A stretch of 63,460 nt of DNA, counting the filler, from Octopus bimaculoides (lineage: Eukaryota): the NCBI RefSeq assembly GCF_001194135.2. It is 5 parts of 5 records of this genome, joined end to end, with 100 filler letters (N's around TTAATTAATTAA, not from the genome) between each part and the next. Parts side by side here need not be neighbours in the genome. Positions count along the whole stretch, not along the records: positions 33,755 to 59,565 come from NC_068984.1; positions 59,666 to 62,263 come from NC_068996.1; positions 62,364 to 63,460 come from NW_026391788.1; 2 more parts are not named here. The stretch is one strand, 5' to 3'. A program made the position numbers and the translations under genes. Below the pieces are notes generated by a model. That model was not told the DNA's origin. It worked only from the letters and a program-made list of their open reading frames with translations, and did not search any database. Below are positions 51,202-63,460 of the stretch, piece by piece. Position 1 is the first letter of the stretch; every line of letters starts with the position of its first letter.

Positions 51202-51221
51202 TATGTACTTAAATAAGTTAA

Positions 51222-52195
51222 AATGTGTGACCTTTCTAATTTCCAAGAAAGAACAAGTTGGTGAAGTTGTTTGGATGAAGCTTCAGTTATCAGAACTGTT
51301 GAATGGTCTCATGTTTCAAGACGTTCAGTCTAGAAACTCACGTTGACATAATTCTGGGCGGAATGCTAAGCTTCTGTAGTAGGACGGCAGAATAGTGAAA
51401 CGTATTGTGTCTAAGAACTATCGAACTACGACAACGAAAATGACAGCAGATCTAAACCACTGTCTTGCTAATACTGTGGGAAACAGTAGCTGCTAAAACT
51501 CTTCTCTCCCCTAGTTAGATCCATTAGCAGGAAAATGATGTCTCGACTTTCAAAAGTTGTTAATGGTTCAACAGTACAATGTCATCTCTGATGAATCCTC
51601 ATTCACCCTCTTTTACCCCACTCTCAAGTCTAGTATATTTTTGGAGAGAGCCTTTATTCTAAATTTTTTGGCCTCAACCGTGGAGCATGGAGGTGGGTCT
51701 GTGATGATTTGGGCAGCTATATCATGGAATTCTCTCGGCTCTTTAGTTGTTCTACATAGTAGAGTTAACGCAAAGGATGATCTGAGTATTTTAGCTACTC
51801 TTGTCCATTGTATAGTACAAATTTTGTTTCCTGATGGCAGTGCCATCTTCAAGGACGAAAATGCGTTAATTTACAAGGCTAACGTTTATCTAAAACTGCT
51901 ACGAAGAACACAAAAGTGGAGTAGACTTCTTCGATTAGCTTACATAATTACCGGATCTCACTACAATCGAAAATTTGTGGTGGATTTTGGATCAGCAAGT
52001 GAAGAGTCACTTGCTTCCACCATTGCCGCTAAAAGAGCTATAGCAGGTTTGAATTAAAGAATAGTTCAAAATTCTCCTAACAGTTCGGAACCAGTTCAAG
52101 TCAAATCCTTGACATATTATTACTTTGTTTGATGCCAAATGTTGAACTGACTCCGTATTAGATAATAAAACTTCCATTATTTTGTCCGACCCCTA
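51222..52195 (+). mobile_element. Degenerate Tc1-like transposon
   Basis: HNSGRNAKL, SDESSFTLF (D1), TVEHGGGSVMIWAAISW, IFKDENALIY (D2), PDL..IENLW (E). Right TIR TTCCATTATTTTGTCCGACCCCTA|TA. Confidence 0.88.
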
Positions 52196-52735
52196 TAGAT
52201 TGAAATGCATCAGTTGAGAGCACTAGCATATTGTTTAGAATTCCATAACAAGCAAAACTAAAATATTTACTATAGCAACTTTAATAGCAAAATGCAATAA
52301 CATTTTACTGTTAATTGCATCAAATACAAAAAAAAAGCAAGAAAAACAAAGCAAAAATCTACAGATGCATTATCTGTGTAATAAACTATGAAATTAACCT
52401 TGACTTAACAACAGAAACAAATTTTTAAAATCCTGCAAAGAAGATTATATCACTTGCTACCCGATTCCCATGAACAAGAATAAAAAAAAAAAGAAAAAAA
52501 AAACACGCCAACAACAGCACTGCTATCATTACATCTTTAAGAAGATGGAACCAGAAACGGTCTAAAAAAAACCCTATAGTTCCAAATTAAACATAAAAGA
52601 CTGCAAAGGAAATGTGATAAACCATTACTGAAAAGAGAAAAAATAGAATCTTGATAGAGTCGTGTCTTCACTACTAGAACGTGTGTGTATGTGTGTATTA
52701 CGTGTATATGTATATACGTATATGTTACACACACA

Positions 52736-52779
<44 letters not shown>

Positions 52780-52819
52780 NNNNNNNNNNNNNNNNNNNNN
52801 NNNNNNNNNNNNNNNNNNN

Positions 52820-52864
<45 letters not shown>

Positions 52865-54356
52865 CAATATAATATAAGTATTTTATTGAAGTGGAAACAT
52901 TTCAGTCTTTTCTAGTTTTAATAGAAATACTATTTTACTCTCCATTTCTTATTAGGACTATTTGGCATTAGTACTATTTTCTATTACTTTCTTGTTCTCT
53001 GAATGAAACCGGTAGTGTTCTGACTTAGGTAGAGCTTGGCTCCCCAGCATTAAAATACCCAAAACATGCCGAATATTTATGCCGTCCCCTCAATACATCT
53101 CCATCAGACTCATTACAACAACAACAACAACAGCAGCAATACAGACACATCCATGTGTGTATGTGCACATTCATACATATATTCTTTATAATTAAATATA
53201 ATAATCACGTTCAAAACCAAAAGACAAACAATGATGTCATTTTTCCGTTGAAAGTATATTTGCATACAACGTTCCCTCTGCGGAAAAAAAGCTAAATGAA
53301 ACTATTTCTCTTTTATTTTACTATAATAATATATTCATTGGTGCCTGAATCAGTATCGTTTCCCTGAAGCTCCCAAATCCCTTTGGTCAGAGTAGTAATA
53401 TTTCTCTTATATACTACACATGTGACTTTAAAATAGACATAAAAAAAAAGACTTTAAAATAAAATATCCAACGAGTACCGTATCTGATCTTGGAAGGTTA
53501 TGGGTTAGCGGTGTAGAAAATTTTCTTCTTGAAGGCGCTGTTAGCTAAAGCATTGCCAGAGAATGGGGACGCCTTAGCAAAGATGCATTTAGAGGAGTAC
53601 AGGGTGGATTTTCGAAGCTGAAGTACACAGAACTAATTACGATAAGCAGAAAATTATTTTTAGAACGAAGCAGAACACATGTTAACGAGGCTGAAAATGT
53701 TGGTTTTCTGTAGCATGAAAACCCGCATATCTTGAAATCAAAATACTTTATGCACTGTTTCACAATTCTTACCTCTGTCTTAATTACAAATTCATATTAC
53801 ACAGACACAGACACAGACAAACACAGACACACAGACACAGACACACAGACAGACAGACACACACACACACATACACACACACACACTTACACACACACAC
53901 ATACACACACTTACACACACATGCACGCACACACACACACACACACACACATATAACTCTTAAGAATATTATTGACAGTGACTTCGATACACATACACAC
54001 GTGTGTGTGCGTGCGTGTTTTCGCGCGCGTGTGTGTGTAAAATAAATGTCTGATCAGTCAATGGAAAATACAATCAATATAGGAATAGTCTGCAATTCTG
54101 AGAACACTTAGTAGTTTCCGTTCACACTATAAACTTCTATTCTCGTTGTCCTTCAAATGGTTTCTCCTGCTTTCTTCTGACACACACGATTTCATATATC
54201 GTTACACACATCAACGTATGTTGTTACATTTCTCTAATTAAATATATCCAGAAAGTTTCCAGATATCGATCATACAAGCATCGATACATACATACATACA
54301 TACATACATACATACATACATACATGCATGCATGCATGCATACATGCATACATACA

Positions 54357-54390
<34 letters not shown>

Positions 54391-54559
54391 CATACATTCC
54401 AATAAATTCTAGCCAAACTGCATTGCTGGCTCAAATAACTGACCACTGTCCCCCTATTACGACTATGGTAAATAGCAGGCACAACCGCAACGATTATTGT
54501 AGTAGTAGTAGTGGTAGTCAGGATTATATGCCGGTGAAATGTGCCCTTTCGGGAGAGAG

Positions 54560-55745
54560 CATTCTATACCAAAGTAAGTAAAAAAAAAAAAAATTACCAG
54601 ATACGGTATTAAAAGCTGTTAACAAAATTGGTGATGAGTGTTTACAACAGTGTGATGAACCCACATACTAGCAGATTAACGCCTGTCTATATGCGCTGGC
54701 TACTACTGTAAAACGGTACATGAATGATATTCAAAAATCAAACAAAACCGAAATAACAAAGAAAGTACCATCATGGGTTTTGACGATAGAAAAGAAGATA
54801 ACTGGTTTATGGAAGACCATCAGTCATGTAATGATGCATATTGCATGCAAACAAGCAAATCACTATACGTCCCGCCAACAGATAGAAATGATGTTTGGAG
54901 ACAGCAAAAAGGAGACACTTGCAAACTGATTACCTTAAAGCAGGAGCTAAAAGCTGTCAGTAAAAAACTCCGACATCAGAACAGAATAACCGAGAGAAGA
55001 ACAATAAACAAAAAAGTTAACCGCAACCAGGCAGCAATATACCGAGACATGAGAGGAGGAGCAATAAATATCACGAAACCGATTCAGGAGAAGACATAGA
55101 CTCCTTCTGGAGGAAAATCTGGAGTGAAAAGAAGGAATTTAACCAAGATGTTCTGTGGCAGGAAGAAATCCGAAAAAGTTATTCCTCCTGAGTTACACCC
55201 AAAACATACAACATTAATGCTAGCTCTGGCAAAGATAAAATTGATCCTCAAATGCAGAACAACCAACATAGCAAAAGCTACCGGCAGAACTTAATGTATA
55301 AGATATATACAGCATATTGAAACCTCTTCCTCCAAGACCATTATCACAGCTGAACAAGCAACTGGGAAGAAGGGAATCTGAGGATGTGTCGCGCAGTTGC
55401 TAATCAGCAAAATTGTGATGTCAGAGGTGTGAGAGCATAGGAGGAACCTAGTTTCAATGTGGCTAGATTACAAGAAAGCCTTTGACTCTGTTCCCCACTC
55501 ATGGATTCTAGAAGCCCTTCAACTTGCTAAAGTTCCAGTGAGAATAGTCAAAGCCATAGCTGATCTGACTTCATCGTGGGCCACCATCTTGAAATTAAAC
55601 ATAAAGAGTGACTGTATTATAACCGATAGAATACAATATCGCAAAGGCATATTCCAAGGAGATAGCCTCTCTGTGATATTGTTTATACTTTCTGTAAAAC
55701 CCGTGTTATTCATGTTAAGGAAGTCTGAAGGGTATCTCACTGTTT
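54560..55745 (+). mobile_element. R4-clade fragment (N-terminal region to RT domain 4)
   Basis: KVPSWVLTIEKKI, RRTINKKVNRNQAAIYRDM, MWLDYKKAFDSVPHSWILEAL, YRKGIFQGDSLSVILF. Lies downstream of (CATA)n at 54285-54396. Confidence 0.88.
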
Positions 55746-56019
55746 CACAAAGAAACAGAAGAGAATGGTTTGGTAAATTCACACCTGCCGACCAACAGAG
55801 ATGAACATCCACTTTTGGTGTGAAAACGCACTGACTGAAGGTATTAAGAAACTAGTACAAATTCGAAGGATTTAGCCGGACAAATTGACTCCAGTACTTA
55901 TTTTTGAAGCCTGTTAATTTATTCTATTGTCCTCTTTCGCCGAATTGCCAAGTTACAGAGACGTCAACAAACCAACACCAGTTGCTAAACGGTAGCGTGG
56001 AACAAACACAAGCATGAAG

Positions 56020-56080
<61 letters not shown>

Positions 56081-56886
56081 CACGCACGCACGCACACACA
56101 TACACATGTATGTATGTATGTGTGTATGTATGTATGTATGTATGTATGTATGTATGTATGTATGCATGTATGTATATGACAGGCTTCTTTCAGTTTCTGT
56201 ATACCAAGTCCATTCAAGGCTTTGATGAGCCCGAGGCTATAGTTGAAGATACTTGCCCAAGGTACCACAGAATAGGACTGCTCCCAGAAATATATGGTTG
56301 GGAAGCAAACTTTTTACCACACAGTAGGACTGATCCCGGAACCAAATGGTTGAGAAGCAAACTTTTTACCACACAGCCGCACCTATATATATTATCACCA
56401 TGACTTGCGGCCTTGCGTTTCGTGTTTCGTATTTCGTATTTTTAAACATAGTACATCCATATAACTAGCTGATTTATAACTGGCGTCAGTGGAGTTAATT
56501 AAGGATGCTGTCAAATGTAAAATGCTTCTTAAAAACATTGTTGAAAAAAATCTGAGATGTTCGAAGGAAGACAAAACATCTAAAATTTCAATGCTGTCTA
56601 TTTCGTTAGCAAAAAATTTGGCGAATGAACTCGTAAAACTAACTAAAAACTAATTCTAATTTAATTTATGGAGATGAGAAAAATAACAATTGAAGAATAA
56701 GAAATATAATGACTTAGATATAGCACACTGTGTTTCGTACAAAGAATTTTTAGCAGAGAACTAATGAATATGAAAAAGAAAATAGAGCACCTATAAGTAT
56801 ATTACACACACGTACACACTCATCTACACATAGATACACACATATATACACAAATATATACATATATGTATATATATGTATAGGAA

Positions 56887-56951
<65 letters not shown>

Positions 56952-57059
56952 CTGCTCTCTCTCCCCCTCTGTCTGTCTCTGTCTGTCTGTCTATCTTTAT
57001 ATATATATATATATACACACTTAAGCATACGTTTATATGCATGTATATATGCATTATAT

Positions 57060-57640
57060 GTTTTAAGAAACAGAGGACAATCTTGAAATAAGAGTTGATA
57101 CAGATGTCTACACAAGGAACATTATTAAATTCTATTCTTCTGAAGAGCAACTTGAAATAAATGGACCAGTTCACTGAGAAGGTAGTGCATGGGTACTTGG
57201 CACGAAAGACCCAAGCCATAGAAAGAATAAATCATATAAAAGCTTGATATGGGCAAGTGGCAAGTTTATGATATTCTACTTTGAATGTTACTCGTATGCA
57301 ATTCAAGAGCATCCCAACAACTTCCTGCAGCATAAAAGACAGAACATATTAACGGACAACAAATGTAGGCTTTGCAAAACCAGGATTAAAGACATCAACC
57401 ACATTATTGTTACCGCGAAATCTTGTCTTCTAGATATCATCTTCCCATGAGGCACGATGCAGTAGTTAGAACTATCTGGGACAAGATAAGAAGGAAAAAA
57501 AAAAACCAACTGACGAAGTTGACTGTATTAAAAGCGGTGTGTTAAAGACTATTGGTGGAACTAAAACAATTAAAACAGCCACCAAGTTAAAGTACAATTG
57601 GTCAGATGTGTGAGACTATAAGAAAAATATACTCTATTGT
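57060..57640 (+). mobile_element. Degraded R4-clade CCHC/RLE fragment
   Basis: AIQE...DNKCRLCKTRIKDINHII...PMRHDAVV, DYWWN; homologous to 15050-15400. Confidence 0.7.
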
Positions 57641-60003
57641 GGAAATCAATGTAGTCAGAAAAAGGACTCCTATGGGCAACTGACAAGTGTTTGGAAATGT
57701 AGCATGTCGCTAGCAGGAATGTTCTGTATGAAGTTACGCAAGGCATTGTAAAACTTTTCATTCTATGCAGGACGAACCTGAGAAGTGGGGCTTGGCTGCT
57801 GAAAAGTTTGATATACCACCAGGTTCGAACTGGGAAGCGTATGGAGATAATGCGGTCTGAGCGACCCGTTGGCAGGTTTTCATGTTTTGAGGAAACGGAG
57901 TTCCTGATCCCAAATCTTACACACCAGATGTGTCTTTAATCTCCAATAGGCTGGATCAGCAGACGGTATAATCGGTGTCATGGTTTCCAAGGTTAACTTT
58001 CTTTGGAAGTAAACTTCACTTAGAGCCGTGGAAGTTCATGTACAATCAGAGCTGAACGATGTTATGAACGATCAGTGTTATAGTGTGAAATGAATTGTAT
58101 GTTGGCTTAACAACTTTGACACAGTAATATCCATCATTGGGTGACTAACTCTATGAATTTAACGGAAAGTTGACAGTATTATATATGACCTTTATACTTT
58201 TCCTAACTCCATTAGAGAGGACAGCAAAATTCATCAGCTACTGGTAGATATGAAAGTTGATCGCAGACATGACAAGTTGGTGGCATACTCATGCTTTAAG
58301 TTAAATAAATTTGTTCTGTTATCTTTTAGTTGATCTTAGACTTACGCAGGTTTTCTGCAAAAAACGCAATATAGAAATTGTTTAAATCTTGGCTGCAGCG
58401 GAGCTAGTGAAAAATGCAATTAGTCTGGATACCGTCGTAATTGAGTTGCCATTTCTGTTACATAGCCGAATACTGAATCTTTACTTGAAGTTCTTACAGA
58501 CCATTTCTAAATGTGTTTTAATATGTGTAATTAAATAACACTGAGACTATTAGCAGCAATAACAACTTGGATAACTACAAATTCTGCAACAACAGCAGCT
58601 CCGACATATAATCATAGTAATGACAGCAACAAAAATAACAGCTTTGATAACGGGAACGCCAACACAATCTTGCTGTAGCAGATATTAGTCCTCACACATT
58701 GTACCACCACACAAAAATTTATTATCAAACGATCAGAAATATTTACAAAAGCTCAGAACACTAGTATGACACTGTCTTTGAAAACGCTATCTTATACACT
58801 CAGCTAAGAGAAACAGGAATACATGCATGCACACTGACGTAGGTGTATCATTAGCAATGGACTCATTAGATAATGTCCAGCCTTTCAAATTGCACGTAAT
58901 ATGCGAGGTAGAGGCATGGCATAGCTAGAACAATAGAACTGTGGGTTTCACCTACTTAAGAGGCCCACTGCTTATATTTCATAACACTCAACCACGACTA
59001 TAGAGCAATGACAACATCGAATCAATGAAGGAGCTTCTAATTTTCGCTTAACTTGGAGAAACTTGCTATTAAATTTTCCTGAAAAATTTCTTTTCTCACT
59101 GTGTTGGAAAAAGGAGTGTAAATTAAATAATATATTCGTAGACTTCCACAACTGGAATACAACTAGAACATAATTGGAATACATTTCCGAGGCGTCCACA
59201 ACTGGAACACATTTGATCATAGGGTTACTCGATCAGGACTGACCGGGAGTTGAACAACAACAATAAAAACAGTAACACTAGCAGCAGCATCAGTAGACCG
59301 ACAGTTTGATGATTTATTGATTTCCGGTGCATCTACTGACAGATAGACTCCACGAAAGGGTGCAGTTTGTTGCTGCAAATTGTTGAGATAGTGCCTAATT
59401 GACGCGTTTATTCAGTGACACCAAACGATGAGCTCAGATCCTATCATAAACCAATCTTGAAATGTAACGTATACAGCGTCGTAACCTCATATATTTTGTC
59501 TGGCTGTGAAATTGGGCAATACCACCACCGCTGCTGGCAGATGATTTTCGTCCGGTACATATATANNNNNNNNNNNNNNNNNNNNNNNNNNNNNNNNNNN
59601 NNNNNNNNNTTAATTAATTAANNNNNNNNNNNNNNNNNNNNNNNNNNNNNNNNNNNNNNNNNNNNAGAAAGTTAAACTTTCTGAGTAAATGCAAGATTTG
59701 GATTGTCCGCGTTTAGCTGTTATTTCTAACATATCAAGTTTCGTGGTGGGGACTCCACATGTGATCCTTTTTGTTTCAATATAAATTGAAGCCGTTCATT
59801 TTCACATCTAAGTTGCGAGAAGGCTACTCGTACGACCTGGACATGTAGAACACAATGTCAAAAATGAAAATCCTCCCCCCCCCGTGGGTGGGTGCGGGGG
59901 TATGTGGAGATGTCAAAAAAATTTTTTAGGGGGAATCGCATGACCGGGACATATAGAACACATTATCGAAAACGAAAATCGCCTAACTTAAAAAATAAAA
60001 AAG

Positions 60004-60420
60004 TTACAGCCATTTTCCTTCAGTGCCTAATTTCAATGTCCACCATAATTTGGCAACTTCTTCACAACTAATCTTTTTCAAAACATCTCTATGAACATAG
60101 CATATTAGAATATGATTCAACCTTTGCTGAATCATGGTCGACCGCAGCCAAGTTTTGACTCTGCAGAGCGCTAAAAGATCTTTCAGCTTCACAAGAACTG
60201 ATTGGAAACACTAAGCCTAAGCAATCGCTCAACATTTGGAAACATGCAACGGACATCTTGCTGCATTTCACCGAATATTTTACGATGATCCTCGAGAGAT
60301 GATCCACTATGCTGATTTCTATAAAAATGTATTTCAATTCTTAAAGAAAACTCATTAATCTCTGGATACTGCATGATCACTTCAGCACAAAAATTTCCAC
60401 TGAGTAAAATATTGGCTCAA
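60004..60420 (-). mobile_element. hAT transposase C-terminal dimerisation-domain remnant
   Basis: MFPNVERLLRL, SSCEAERSFSAL, RVKTWLRSTMIQQRLNHILICYVHRD. Confidence 0.85.
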
Positions 60421-62017
60421 TTTTTCATAATCTGCTAAATCCTGTGGGAAAAAAAAACTTTCAAATTTGCTATTACAGTATTCACTACCTGCACTCTGTA
60501 AGCGCTGTGTTGGTATTTTAAAGCATTTCCTTCATATCTTTTAGGAACTTTTCGTTCCCTGGGTAGCTCTAAAGAAGAAATATCGAGTTGATAAATCATT
60601 TTTTATGTTGTATTGAACAGCTCCCCGACATTTTTCTTCACTGCATCGATCTTTTAGCTCCTCCTGCACCAGTTTGACACTATTGAACAGGCCCACCTAG
60701 GATGACGGTCATACTTTGTTTTCTAATTGGGAAAAAGTGTGGGGGGGACTTGTCCCCTGGTACCCCCACAAGGCCCTTGTTTCCAAGTCAAGTCAAAATA
60801 CCATATCTTTCTTGTTACATATGACTGTTAGCTAACAGCCACTATGTCCGACTCTATTTTATAGGAATGTCAGTACCTTATCAAATTGTGAATTTTTCCC
60901 CAACACCATCGATTTTTATTCACACACATTTTCAAAAAAATTGGGAAGGAAGGAATTCCACTCTTGAAAATGCGGAAATTACGAAATTGAAAAACGTTTT
61001 CATAATTTCAATACATGTGTTAATTTTCTACTTCCAATTTGTGAACAAAAACCAAAAGGATATCGACATTTTTATCTAATAAAATCATATTAACGTTGAT
61101 TTACCTTATAAAATTCAGGGTTGTGAGTTGAGAAAGTTTATGTAGTGTGAACACTATCACAGATATATTATCACCACGATGATAAAGGTTAATATCTTCC
61201 ATATTTAACTTAGCACTATAACTTCTCTTCTATTCTGTCGGCCTCAGTAACGTTTCTCAAAAGTAAAGCGTTCTTTCCTTTTTTGTATAACGAACGCGGC
61301 AGCGTCCGCATGGTCACGAGACCTCACTGTCGTCGTCGTTAAGTATCGTTCACGTGCAGCGATTTGATGACAGCTCAACGGAAATTCTCCCGATTAAGCG
61401 CGAGTTCTCCAGTTGACTTTTGTCCAACCAGCTCCTGACATCCATTGCGTTCTTTAATCATCTACCCTCTACTTTTCCTTCCATGATAATGTTTTCTAAA
61501 CCTCTGCTTCTTTGAATATGACCATAATAGATGAGCTTTTGTTATTTCACAATGTTCAGTTGCCATCTTTCACCTACTTGTAATATTCATTTGTCCGATG
61601 ATTCTTGTAAGAGTCTCATAACATTCTCCTATACACCCACATTTCGAACGCATTGACTATAGTCTCTTCAAATTTGTTGAGAGTCCACATTAAATCTGCG
61701 AGAAATAAAAGTAAAATCTTTAATTACACCTTGTGATACGCCGGTGGTAGGGTTAAGTATACAAGCAGCCTTTGTTTCACTATAACCCTTCTGGCTTTAA
61801 AAGAAACAAATGATACCGGTATGGGATTCAATTGGTTAACCTCCAGTTTTTGACCCGAGCAAAAAAATGAAAACAAATTGTGTAATAGATGTAAAACAAC
61901 ATGTAGTAAACGAAAATGCAAAAAAAAAACGCGCGCTGGCGAACTGGGTGGGGGAAAGAGGACTCGGAAAATTCACACTATCAAACTCACAGGATCCGAA
62001 AACTCAACGTTAACACC

Positions 62018-62263
62018 CGGTCACAAAAATGAAGAAAAAAATAGTGTAATAGGTGTAAAACATGTATTAAACGAATATGAAAAAAAAAATGCGCGCTGGC
62101 GAACGGGGGCGGGGAGAGGACTCGGAAAATTCACATCTGGAGTGTTCCGAGTCCTCTCACCACTTCCCCGTTCGTCAGTGCAATTTTTTTTTTATTCATA
62201 TTCGTTTACTACACATTATTTTACACCTAGTACACTATTTTTTTTTTCAACTTTTGTGACACG
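62018..62263. repeat. Imperfect palindrome (~115-bp arms, 17-nt loop) preceded by a third direct copy at ~61860-61980; cut by a gap
   Basis: Perfect inner stem GAGAGGACTCGGAA (62114-62127) / TTCCGAGTCCTCTC (62145-62158). Outer arms imperfectly complementary. Confidence 0.8.
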
Positions 62264-62466
62264 NNNNNNNNNNNNNNNNNNNNNNNNNNNNNNNNNNNNN
62301 NNNNNNNTTAATTAATTAANNNNNNNNNNNNNNNNNNNNNNNNNNNNNNNNNNNNNNNNNNNNGAAAAAATGTTAGAATCAAAATTGGATTTAATGCAAT
62401 TAAATTTAATGCAGAAGAAGAACTATCTATATAAGAAAAGACATCTGTATCGGAAATAATTTTACA

Positions 62467-63428
62467 CTAGTATAAAGAGGTTTTAGTCTTAAAAATACTA
62501 GACATAAACTTGATTCTGTTGGAATTGACTTCAGAGACAATAACCTTGTTGTTAATATTTTTAGAGAGATGGATGGTATTAGCTAAATTAATGTTATTAT
62601 TTTCAGTAATTGGATTCCTATTTAACAGAATAATATTATGTGAAGAGATAATCTGTGAAAGGTTTTTTTGTTTTTTGTGTGTGTTAAAAAAACCAATCCT
62701 AACCATGTGTGAGTTGATAATCGAGTAATACCTAGGATTCTTTGGAAAATTCCTAATAATAGCTTCCCGAAACTGGAATGGAAGATAAGATTTAATTTGC
62801 CTCCTATAAGGAATAATAAACCAAATAGTTTTGCTAGTATTTGCATTATTTTTTTGTGTAACTATCATTAAAAGACATTGATTTACCTTTAGAATGAAAA
62901 AAAGGGGCTTAAATAACGGTTACCTCCCTTACGCCGTAAAAAAACCATTCCTCCGATGTTGACGTCTGAATTAAAAACGTTCATATCGTTACAACTAGAT
63001 TTCATGTCTCCATTACTAAAAGTAGAATAAGATTGAATGGAATTAATGTACGTAACTTTATCTGCATAACCTGCTTTAAAATTCAGCCTTGTCATTGAAA
63101 ATGTCAACATTAGCAGATAACTTAGACAATCTAAATGAAATATTCTTAACTAAATTCTTAGTGATTGCCCTAGAATGATTACAGAATTTGCTAATATACT
63201 TGGTTTGTGGTATGGGAAGTACGAATTATTGTGTAAGTTAAGTGTAATGTCTAAAAAGTTGGCTTTCATTACATCATCATCAAAAATTATGCCTAAGCCC
63301 ATTCTATGGAAAAACTTAGCTAAACTATTCTTAACCTTTTGTACTTTCTGGTTAGAAACATTTTGAAGGTAGAGTAAATAACCATCACAATATAGACCTC
63401 CACAGATGCTTGGGAACTGGTCTGCCAT
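62467..63428 (-). mobile_element. Penelope-like element RT remnant
   Basis: GLYCDGYL, KANFLDITLNLHNNSYFPYHKP, KAGY, TIWFIIPY, NFPKN..INSH.VRI...LSQIISSHN match PLE RT patterns GLYRDDGL, NFLDxTL..PYxKP and WFNPPY. Confidence 0.8.
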
Positions 63429-63460
63429 TTCATAAAGTATATATATATATACCGACCAAA

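Larger units (their letters stand above)
1190..57020. repeat. Numerous microsatellites (CA, TA, CATA, TATC, CAGA, TAA, CAA, CT), e.g. 1190-1297, 10161-10222, 11258-11332, 13440-13690, 13850-13990, 14345-14445, 23042-23243, 24796-24940, 33909-34100, 35146-35200, 39945-40430, 45437-45590, 45835-45960, 49243-49350, 49575-49700, 52725-52862, 53800-53950, 56024-56175, 56888-57015
   Basis: Read directly. These tracts account for most low-complexity ORFs in the track. Confidence 0.97.

Noticed and set aside
58540-58680. Cys-rich hydrophobic minus-strand reading (VIFVAVITMIICRSCCCCRIC)
   Set aside because: Arises from degenerate CAA/CAG repeats, ends in a stop, and has no donor.

Overview
AT-rich, microsatellite- and transposon-dense eukaryotic scaffold with many N gaps. 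The SINE repertoire looks like an octopus genome to me, but that is recognition from memory, not a database result. The one host gene I can support is a prominin (PROM1/CD133-like) on the minus strand. Four exons with GT-AG boundaries and no stops are recoverable (21419-21618, 12376-12496, 3252-3347, 1538-1710), covering TM1, the Cys-rich loop, TM2 and the start of the first large extracellular loop. One bridging exon and the 5' exons were not found. Everything else is mobile DNA: Tc1 and mariner elements, Helitrons, hAT, Penelope-like elements, L2/CR1- and RTE-type LINE relics, tRNA-derived SINEs, long-TIR foldback elements, and about 10 fragments of R4/Dong-clade (RLE endonuclease) retrotransposons. 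The most notable observations are: (i) a divergent pair of minimal hammerhead ribozymes at 37.0-37.5 kb; (ii) R4-type elements stacked in (TAA)n/(CAA)n tracts or abutting (CATA)n, suggesting several microsatellite-specific families; (iii) a textbook twin-priming 5' inversion in one of them; (iv) a perfect 138-bp inverted repeat; (v) a head-to-head mariner. Most ORFs in the supplied track are microsatellite or N-gap artefacts. No CRISPR, rRNA or intact tRNA was found.
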